Shown here one piece after another: positions 25,586 to 32,000 of a DNA stretch of 32,000 nt. The stretch is from contig NZ_LNTB01000001.1 in the NCBI RefSeq assembly GCF_001462395.1, positions 690,001-722,000 on the forward strand, written 5' to 3'. The notes beneath the pieces were generated by a model. It had not been told where the DNA came from, did no database searches, and was given only the letters and a program-made list of their open reading frames with translations. Position 1 is the first letter of the stretch. Each line of letters begins with the position of its first letter. This stretch comes from Pyrodictium occultum (GTDB lineage Archaea; Thermoproteota; Thermoprotei_A; Sulfolobales; Pyrodictiaceae). Made by a program: the position numbers and the translations under genes.

Positions 25586-28030
25586 CTATTTCTTTGAGGC
25601 GAAGAAGTCGAAGAGGCTTCTCTGCACCGTAGCCGCCGCCTTGAGCTGTTTCTCGGTGACTCCGAAGTAGGAGAGTATCCTCAGAGCAGCCGGCACTATC
25701 TGGTGGTCAATATAGTAGTTGACGTCGATGGTCGATGGATCAACCATGAAGTAGGGGTAGGCCCTGCTGGACACACTCCCGCTACCCTTAACTATGACGT
25801 AGCCCACCTTATCGCCGGGAGACACCTCGTAGCCTGCCTCCTTCATACGCCGTGCAGCCATCACATGAGGCGCGTCATGCTCGTACTCCTCTATCCTCTT
25901 GCTCAGCGTCTTCCATATGATAAGCTTTGTTATTGGCACCTTGCCCTCGCGGAGCTGCTTTATTACCTCCCTTATGTAGCTTATAGCCTTGTCCACGTTC
26001 CCCGTATTCAACACTATCTCAGCCGCCTTCTCCTGCACCTCCTTAGCCAGCTCGCACCAGTCGCCGCGGACTGCTTCAAAGCCCACGATGTCTATACGTC
26101 CGTCCTCGAGGAGACCTACATAGCGCTTCTTAGCCTCCGTGAAGAACACTTTCTTGTAGATCTTGTCTATCTTTATCTCAAAGCCCAGCTCCTTCTCGAC
26201 AAACTCTATCAGCTTCTCAACCTTCTCCTTGTCATAGACCACGAAGAGGGAGTCGGTGTCTCCATATATAACCTTTAGGCCGAGCTTCCTGGCATACTCG
26301 ATAGCTGTCAGTATAAGGTTACGGCCCCAGGCTGTGACAGCCTCGGCGCAGCGTTTGCAGTACCAGCGGGCATGGCTCCACCCCATGTAGCCATAGCTCG
26401 CGTTCGCAAGAACCTTGAGCGCCTTCTGGCGCTCATCGTAGAGCCTGTACTCGGGGCTGTCAGGCGGAAACTCCTTCATCTTCTCCTTTACCTGTCGGCG
26501 TAGCTTCAGTAGGTTCTCGAGCACGGTCTTGAAGAAGCCTGGCGGGGAGCGACGGAACCGGTGCCCGACCTCGGGGGCTACATAGCAGCCGCCGTACTTT
26601 GGGCACTCCGAGGGGTCGTCGACTATAGTGTCGGGGCCCACGTTGTACTTTATCATTATGCTCGGGTACATGGAACTGAAATCGAGCACCACAACATTCT
26701 CATGGACTCCCTTGAGAGGCTTTAACACTACTGCACCCTTGTAGCTCTCCCCCCTCCTCTCCACCCGGTTCGGCACCAGCTCGTTCATATCGTAGGCTGC
26801 ACGCATGAGATACCACTCTAGGCGGAAGCCTACGCCCATAGCACCTACCTGGTCGAGAGGCACACCCGTAACAGTGGAGAGCTGTATGGCGAACGGTAGC
26901 ATCTTTTCCGCGAGGCCGTAGGTAGCCCTCACATCGTCGAGCGCGTAGCGCTCTAGCAGCTGCCTCTTCTTCTCGTCATCCCAGTACTCGGGTATCCTCC
27001 ACCACTCTATTATCACACGCTCGCTCTTCTTCATAACGCCTAGGTACTCCGCTACCTCCTCAAGCGTCTTCATCTTTATCTCCGGCATCTCCTCGGCATA
27101 GTCGTAGAGGTCCACGTTCAGCCTACCCTGCACCGAGACGTGGCCGTAGACGCTGGTGGTGGGCTCTGCCCCCACACGGCGTGTAACGTCGAGCTTAATC
27201 CCGAGCCTACGGGCGCGCTCCATTAGGTAGGGCCAGTCGAAGTGGTTACTGTTATAGCCCACTATTATGTCGGGGTCGAAGGCTCTCACGTACTCTACGA
27301 ACTCCCTCAGAACCCTCCTGTCGTCATGGCCTTCAGCTTCTATGAGCCTCTCCTTGCCCTCGCTGTCCCTCAGCGACACTATTATCACTGGATCCCTTGC
27401 AGGGTTAGGGCTCCCCCTCCTGCTATACACCTCTATATCAAAAGCTACCAGCCTCATCGGGGGAAGGTCGATCCGCGTTATATCCGCTAGGGGCTCCGGG
27501 TCGCCAGCAACCTTGTAGACACGGTCAACACGGAAGCCTGGATTGCGGCCCGCATCCTCTACGGGGATCCGGTAAACCGTGAACGGGTAGAGCCTCTTAT
27601 CTATCAGATATCTCATTGCAAACCTTATATCTGCCTCGAGGGAGTCCTCCACACCCTCTATCTTCTTCACCGCCTCGCGGTAGTGTCTAACAGACTCGGG
27701 TATCATAGTGGTAATCTTCACCGCCTTACGGGGCCTGCCGAAGTACCTCTTATCAAGAGGCTTGGCATCTATTATCGGACTCTTGACCACACTAAGCCTC
27801 CTTATGGAAGCTGCTATCTCCTCCACCATATCCTCATAGCCCCGGGCTATGAGGGCGTAGAAGTAGGGGCGGAAGCGGTGGTCTAGAAGCACGACACGTT
27901 TACCGTCAAGCGTTATCCCCCAGAGGATTACTACCGGCTCCTTCCCCAGTATCTCGTAGCTAGAGTCTAGCAGCACGAACTCTATAGTCTCTGTCATGGG
28001 CTGGCTCTGCCCTGGAGAATCTACCACCAC
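25586..28030 (-). CDS. polB: Family B DNA polymerase with a C-terminal PIP box. The start is GTG 28030 or ATG 27997.
   Basis: Exo I FDIEV, motif A DFSSMYPSI, motif B KVLANASYGYMG and motif C YGDTDS. The C-terminal QRSLFDFF (25589-25624 region) is a canonical PCNA-interacting peptide. There is no intein. Confidence 0.97.
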   Translation of the reverse strand: MVVDSPGQSQPMTETIEFVLLDSSYEILGKEPVVILWGITLDGKRVVLLDHRFRPYFYALIARGYEDMVEEIAASIRRLSVVKSPIIDAKPLDKRYFGRPRKAVKITTMIPESVRHYREAVKKIEGVEDSLEADIRFAMRYLIDKRLYPFTVYRIPVEDAGRNPGFRVDRVYKVAGDPEPLADITRIDLPPMRLVAFDIEVYSRRGSPNPARDPVIIVSLRDSEGKERLIEAEGHDDRRVLREFVEYVRAFDPDIIVGYNSNHFDWPYLMERARRLGIKLDVTRRVGAEPTTSVYGHVSVQGRLNVDLYDYAEEMPEIKMKTLEEVAEYLGVMKKSERVIIEWWRIPEYWDDEKKRQLLERYALDDVRATYGLAEKMLPFAIQLSTVTGVPLDQVGAMGVGFRLEWYLMRAAYDMNELVPNRVERRGESYKGAVVLKPLKGVHENVVVLDFSSMYPSIMIKYNVGPDTIVDDPSECPKYGGCYVAPEVGHRFRRSPPGFFKTVLENLLKLRRQVKEKMKEFPPDSPEYRLYDERQKALKVLANASYGYMGWSHARWYCKRCAEAVTAWGRNLILTAIEYARKLGLKVIYGDTDSLFVVYDKEKVEKLIEFVEKELGFEIKIDKIYKKVFFTEAKKRYVGLLEDGRIDIVGFEAVRGDWCELAKEVQEKAAEIVLNTGNVDKAISYIREVIKQLREGKVPITKLIIWKTLSKRIEEYEHDAPHVMAARRMKEAGYEVSPGDKVGYVIVKGSGSVSSRAYPYFMVDPSTIDVNYYIDHQIVPAALRILSYFGVTEKQLKAAATVQRSLFDFFASKK

Positions 28031-28088
28031 CCGCCCCTACATAATCGTATATCATTGCCTGCCTCTGCCCGCTAACGCATGAGGACGG

Positions 28089-28565
28089 CTAGCCGTCTAG
28101 GCAGCAGGGCCTCTCCCCCAACAACGCCATGACCACAGCGTGCCGGCCCTCGCCATAGTAGTCGGGCACTATCATGACGGGCTTGAAGGAGCTTCTCGCA
28201 TATAGGCTCTGCGCTGGATAGTTGCCGGCCTCCACCTCGAGCACGAAGGAGCTGTAGCCCCGAGAGCTGCAGACCTCTACTAGGCTCTGAAGCAGGGCCG
28301 TGCCAACACCCCTCCTGCGGCACCTCTTCTCCACAGCTATGGAGGCTATGTGGCAGGCGCCAGAGGAGAGAGGTATACCTATTATGTAGCCTGTGATCCT
28401 TCCCTCAGAGCCCTGGGACACGAGAAAGTATTCACCACCGCTGAGCCCGTAGAGCAGATCGAGATACCACCGTGGATAGGGCTGGTCGAACGACTCCGCC
28501 TCTATGCGGTAGACCTCGTCAAGCTCGTCGGGCTCCACCGGCCGGACTGTTTTACAACAGGTCAT
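28089..28565 (-). CDS. rimI: GNAT N-acetyltransferase, RimI/Ard1-like
   Basis: YRIEAESF...PYPRWY, IASIAVEKRCRRRGVGTALL (acetyl-CoA Q/RxxGxG/A motif) and LEVEAGNYPAQSLYARSSF. Confidence 0.75.
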   Translation of the reverse strand: MTCCKTVRPVEPDELDEVYRIEAESFDQPYPRWYLDLLYGLSGGEYFLVSQGSEGRITGYIIGIPLSSGACHIASIAVEKRCRRRGVGTALLQSLVEVCSSRGYSSFVLEVEAGNYPAQSLYARSSFKPVMIVPDYYGEGRHAVVMALLGERPCCLDG

Positions 28566-28606
28566 TCCGGCCTAGACACCATGGCTGAGAGGGGGGCTGG
28601 CGGGGA

Positions 28607-29692
28607 ATGAAGATTCTCTCCAAGAATCTCAAACGGGGCTCGGTGAAGGTTGTGCCGGAGACGACTGACGACATCTGGGTGCTCCACACAGTCATCCAGC
28701 CGGGAGACCTGGTTAGGGCCCGCACTGTGCGCGAGGTGCACTTCGGCGAGAGGGGCTCGGGTAGGAGCAGCAGGGTGCCCATGACGCTCACCATTAGGGT
28801 TGAGAAGACGGAGTTCCAGGCGTTCACTACGAGGCTCCGTGTGAGAGGCGTGGTTGTCGAGGGGCCTGAGAAGTACGGTGTGCTAGGCAAGTACCATACC
28901 ATGAGCATAGATGTTGGGAGGGAGCTCGAAATAGTAAAGCCCAAGGGCTGGCCGAGGTCGCTGCTAGAGAAGCTAGAGTCTAGAGGCCCGCAGCCCGCTG
29001 CCGTGATAGTTGCGGTGGATTACGACGAGTACGCTGTAGCGGTGGCGCGGGGCCAGGGGGTTAGGGTGGTGGCCGAGGGGAGCCTGCACCTGCCCGGGAA
29101 GGATGACCCCTCAAGGGAGGATGCTTTGAGGGAGTCTGTGGCCGTTATAGCTAAGACTGTGGCGGGCGTGGTGGAGCGCGAGAATCCCCTGCTAGTGGTG
29201 GTCGCTGGCCCAGGCTCGCTCAAGGATATTGTGGCCGAGAGGCTCCACCCCCTCCTGCCCTCGAGGGTGAAGCTCTACACGGACAACGTGTCCATGGGGG
29301 GCCACGCGGGGGTGTTGGAGGAGGTCCGGCGGGGGGTTATGAGGAGCGCGCTTAGAGAGGCTGCAGCAATTCAGGCCGAGAGGCTCATGGAGGAGTTCGA
29401 GAGGCTCCTGGCCAAGGAGCCATGTAGGGTCGCGTACACGCTCGACCAGGTGCTTGAGGCCGCCTCCATGGGCGCTGTGGAGAAGCTGCTGGTTCTCGAC
29501 GAGATGCTGCACCACCCCGACCCGGAGGTCCGGAGGAGGGTCGATGAGCTGCTCAGGCTAGCCGATAGTACGAGGGCGGAGATACACTTCGTGAGCGCCG
29601 AGGCCCCTGCCGGAGCGCGGGTGAAGTCGCTAGGGGGAGTTGTCGCGATTCTCCGCTACGCTCTGCAGCTCGGAGGGAAGGCCTGCGCCTAG
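28607..29692 (+). CDS. pelA: Pelota (Dom34) mRNA surveillance and ribosome rescue factor
   Basis: N-terminal MKILSKNLKRGSVKVVPETTDDIWVLHTVIQPGDLV, a central domain, and an eRF1-like C terminus ending GGVVAILRY. Confidence 0.9.
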   Translation: MKILSKNLKRGSVKVVPETTDDIWVLHTVIQPGDLVRARTVREVHFGERGSGRSSRVPMTLTIRVEKTEFQAFTTRLRVRGVVVEGPEKYGVLGKYHTMSIDVGRELEIVKPKGWPRSLLEKLESRGPQPAAVIVAVDYDEYAVAVARGQGVRVVAEGSLHLPGKDDPSREDALRESVAVIAKTVAGVVERENPLLVVVAGPGSLKDIVAERLHPLLPSRVKLYTDNVSMGGHAGVLEEVRRGVMRSALREAAAIQAERLMEEFERLLAKEPCRVAYTLDQVLEAASMGAVEKLLVLDEMLHHPDPEVRRRVDELLRLADSTRAEIHFVSAEAPAGARVKSLGGVVAILRYALQLGGKACA

Positions 29693-30676
29693 CACGGCGG
29701 GGTAGCGTTTCCTCAGCCTCGCGCCGGGGACCGCCACCCCGGGGTGGAGGAGCACCCTTCCCCCCAGCAGCTCGCCGTACCCCCGCCTAGCCAGCTCCAG
29801 CGCCGGGCCCACTGGCTCGGCCTCCACAACAGCCACCATACCCTCCGGCGTGACCTCCTCGTAGGGCCTAGCCGTGCGGAGGGCCTTACGGATAAGCCTT
29901 ACACGCATCTGCACACTATCCTTGTAGACGGCAGGGCAGTAGTGGACGGTTATCCTCCTCGTATGGGCCGCCGCCCACTTCACTATCTCCATAGCCGCCT
30001 CCTGGCTGCCCTTGACCACGGGCCTCGAGTGGCTCGGCAGGTAGCCGCGCAGGATGAGCTGACGCACATTAGCCTCCGACACCTCGAGCTCGTTTAGGTT
30101 AATAAACTCTACCCCCATGTCATCAAGCCTCTTTATAAGCTTCTTGGTCTCCTCGACCCTGTCGGGGAGCACCGGTATCTCTACGCCAACCCGCACCCGC
30201 TCTAGAAGGTGGAGGGCGGCCTCTATGCGCTTCAAAACCCACTCTCCGACCACATGGAACCGTATCTCGTCTAGCCCGGCGCGCTCGAGCTCGAGCAGGG
30301 CCGATGAGGTGGCGTAGCGGCCGCTCGTGTAGAGGTGCACGTGGAATCCGTCGCCGAACACGTCCTTCAGGAGCCTTATGGCTCTGACAGTCCTGTCAAG
30401 CCTTACGAGCGGGTCCCCGCCGGTTATGCTGGCCCCGTCGGCCCCTATACGGTATGCCTCGAGAACTATGTCCTCGAGAGACTTAACCGGCTCCTCGTCT
30501 ACGGTAATTACGTCGTGGTGGAGCTTTGCGGGGGAGACCGGGCAGTAGAAGCAGTTATCGTCACAGAGCCCGGTTATGAACACCACTATCTTTGAGCCCC
30601 TTACGCAGTATATGCAGCCGAGAGGGAGGGAGCCCACCAGGGAGTATACATCCTTGACCAGCTTGACTCTCCTCAA
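29630..30676 (-). CDS. Radical SAM protein (related to pyruvate formate-lyase activase, COG2108-like)
   Basis: CDDNCFYCPVS is the CxxxCxxC cluster motif, with extra upstream Cys (CIYC). GGDPL is glycine-rich SAM motif-like. Confidence 0.75.
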   Translation of the reverse strand: MRRVKLVKDVYSLVGSLPLGCIYCVRGSKIVVFITGLCDDNCFYCPVSPAKLHHDVITVDEEPVKSLEDIVLEAYRIGADGASITGGDPLVRLDRTVRAIRLLKDVFGDGFHVHLYTSGRYATSSALLELERAGLDEIRFHVVGEWVLKRIEAALHLLERVRVGVEIPVLPDRVEETKKLIKRLDDMGVEFINLNELEVSEANVRQLILRGYLPSHSRPVVKGSQEAAMEIVKWAAAHTRRITVHYCPAVYKDSVQMRVRLIRKALRTARPYEEVTPEGMVAVVEAEPVGPALELARRGYGELLGGRVLLHPGVAVPGARLRKRYPAVLGAGLPSELQSVAENRDNSP

Positions 30677-30682
30677 AGCCGT

Positions 30683-31414
30683 TCACACCAGCGGCGAACC
30701 TTTAGCCCGGAGGGCGCGGCGGAACAGGGGGTTCTCGCGTGCAAGCCTGCGGACAGCATCCTCTATGCTATCCCAGGGCTCAAGCTCGTGCTTGACAAAC
30801 ACACCCGTTCTACCGAGCGCGTCGCGGCGCGTGAGCACCCTGACCCTCTCCAGCACCGTGTCTACGCTAACCCCGACCACCCTAGCCACCTCGGCCTCGC
30901 GGCCTATAACGGGTGATTCTCTATGCCCCTCCGGTGTAGGCTCTATCAGCACTAGCCTCTTATTGACCCCGGGGACGCGTCTCCCGGCCACCAGCCCGGC
31001 ATAGTCGAGGGCTCCGCCAAAGTAGTAGAACTCGTATTCTCTCTTAGACAGCTTAGCCAGGGGGAACGATACTACTCTCTTCTCGTAGGCGTCGAGCGCT
31101 ATGTAGGCCTTAGGGGTGCTCTGAGGAGTGGCCTGGACTATAAGCTTATGCGATATACGCAGCCCCGCCCTCTCGAGCCCCAGCTCCACCATGTAGGAGG
31201 GCACCACCGAGGGTATGAAGACGTCGATATCACTATCCCTATGAACGTCGCCTCGTGCGATACTCCCGTGCACCAGGGGCGCCAGCCCAAGGCTAACGAG
31301 GGCCTCCATCACGCTCTTAGCCTCGCGGCGGAGGCTCTCAAGGAGCCTCCAGTGCTCCTCGGTATAGACTACGGCCCTGTACTCGCCCCGTCTCTCAACC
31401 TTCTCGCGGGGCAT
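30683..31414 (-). CDS. Pol-beta-superfamily nucleotidyltransferase with a C-terminal HTH-like segment
   Basis: HGSIARGDVHRDSDIDVF is the GS-x9-DxD NTase motif. ATG 31414 (MPREKVE, GAGG about 8 nt upstream) is preferred over ATG 31495, which lies upstream of the expected TSS. Confidence 0.65.
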   Translation of the reverse strand: MPREKVERRGEYRAVVYTEEHWRLLESLRREAKSVMEALVSLGLAPLVHGSIARGDVHRDSDIDVFIPSVVPSYMVELGLERAGLRISHKLIVQATPQSTPKAYIALDAYEKRVVSFPLAKLSKREYEFYYFGGALDYAGLVAGRRVPGVNKRLVLIEPTPEGHRESPVIGREAEVARVVGVSVDTVLERVRVLTRRDALGRTGVFVKHELEPWDSIEDAVRRLARENPLFRRALRAKGSPLV

Positions 31415-31508
31415 ACTGCTACCCCTCGTGCATCTCCACGACTGCCGCGGGCACTGCGCAATGCAGCAGCTCCACGCAGCCCCGTTAGACGCCATGGCTT
31501 CCTAGCTA

Positions 31509-31516
31509 CTTATAAC
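31509..31516. promoter_or_regulatory. TATA-like box (CTTATAAC) between divergent NTase and M50 protease genes
   Basis: The only A/T island in the 57-nt to 138-nt divergent gap. It lies about 40 nt upstream of ATG 31553 on the + strand. Confidence 0.35.
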
Positions 31517-31552
31517 TCCAAGGCGCGCCCCACCCAGGCCAGGGCCGCTGGC

Positions 31553-32000
31553 ATGACTGCCGCCGGGGAGCTGCTGCTCTACTACCTAGCAGCATGGCTG
31601 GCAGCCACCCTAGTCCTATCCAGAGTACTGGGGGAAGGCTCTAGACTCACAGTCACCCCGTTGATGATCATGCTCCGTATACCCTCGGGCTTCAGCCCGT
31701 TCGAAAGGCTCCGAAGGTATAGGTGGCTGGGGCTGCTCTTTGACGCCGGCGTGCTGGCAGTGTTCGCACTCACAATAGAGTTCTACCGGGTTATGGTATC
31801 CAGGATAGCCGGAATGTTCGCCGGGCGCCCCCAGGGCGCCGCGCCGGTTGTGCCGCTAATACCTGGAGTAACTATAGGCCTGAAGACCTTCCTCTACCTG
31901 CTTCCAGGGCTCTCCGTGGCTATAATACTTCACGAGCTCTCACACGCCCTCGCGGCCAGGTACGAGGGTATAAGGGTAAAGTCGGCCGGCTTCCTCATAG
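31553..32000 (+). CDS. Site-2 protease family (M50) membrane metalloprotease, N-terminal part. It continues past the window end.
   Basis: Translated by hand, since it is not in the ORF track: MTAAGELLLYYLAAWLAATLV...LPGLSVAIILHELSHALAARYEGIRVKSAGFLI. Hydrophobic helices precede an HExxH (HELSH) motif. Confidence 0.65.
   Translation, partial: MTAAGELLLYYLAAWLAATLVLSRVLGEGSRLTVTPLMIMLRIPSGFSPFERLRRYRWLGLLFDAGVLAVFALTIEFYRVMVSRIAGMFAGRPQGAAPVVPLIPGVTIGLKTFLYLLPGLSVAIILHELSHALAARYEGIRVKSAGFLI

Noticed and set aside
1-32000. Looked for CRISPR arrays, tRNA/rRNA genes, inteins in MCM/PolB/RFC, transposases, integrases, and toxin-antitoxin or defence modules
   Set aside because: I found no regularly spaced direct repeats and no T-arm (GGTTCRAATCC-like) or rRNA signatures. 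The replication proteins have normal intein-free lengths with contiguous motifs. No recombinase or nuclease-type ORFs were seen. A proper tRNAscan or Rfam scan would still be worthwhile.

Overview
The window reads as compact chromosomal DNA of a GC-rich hyperthermophilic crenarchaeon. Heavy AGG/ATA/CTA codon use and the gene set suggest Aeropyrum or another Desulfurococcales member, but I cannot confirm the taxon without a search. About 36 tightly packed protein genes are supported, and almost all are housekeeping genes identified from catalytic motifs in the supplied translations. The main theme is DNA replication. Orc1/Cdc6, RFC large and small subunits, a GINS23-like gene, MCM and a family B DNA polymerase lie within about 12 kb. 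A type IA topoisomerase, RpoK, a thermosome subunit and translation or ribosome factors (GatE, Pelota, RimI, a circularly permuted GTPase) surround them. I see no rRNA, tRNA, CRISPR array, transposase, integrase or recognisable defence system. The less ordinary signals are mostly non-coding. Two intergenic regions carry dense clusters of CCCGGG palindromes around TATA-like boxes. The largest intergenic gap holds one well-formed and one degenerate C/D-box sRNA candidate. The orc1/cdc6 and gins23 5' ends share a motif. On the protein side there is a cysteine-less thioredoxin-fold protein coupled to a Zn-ribbon protein just upstream of the thermosome gene. There is also a small wHTH gene translationally coupled to orc1/cdc6, a GC-rich orphan gene pair, and a nucleotidyltransferase plus radical-SAM pair. 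All functional calls rest on motif recognition and need homology searches to confirm.
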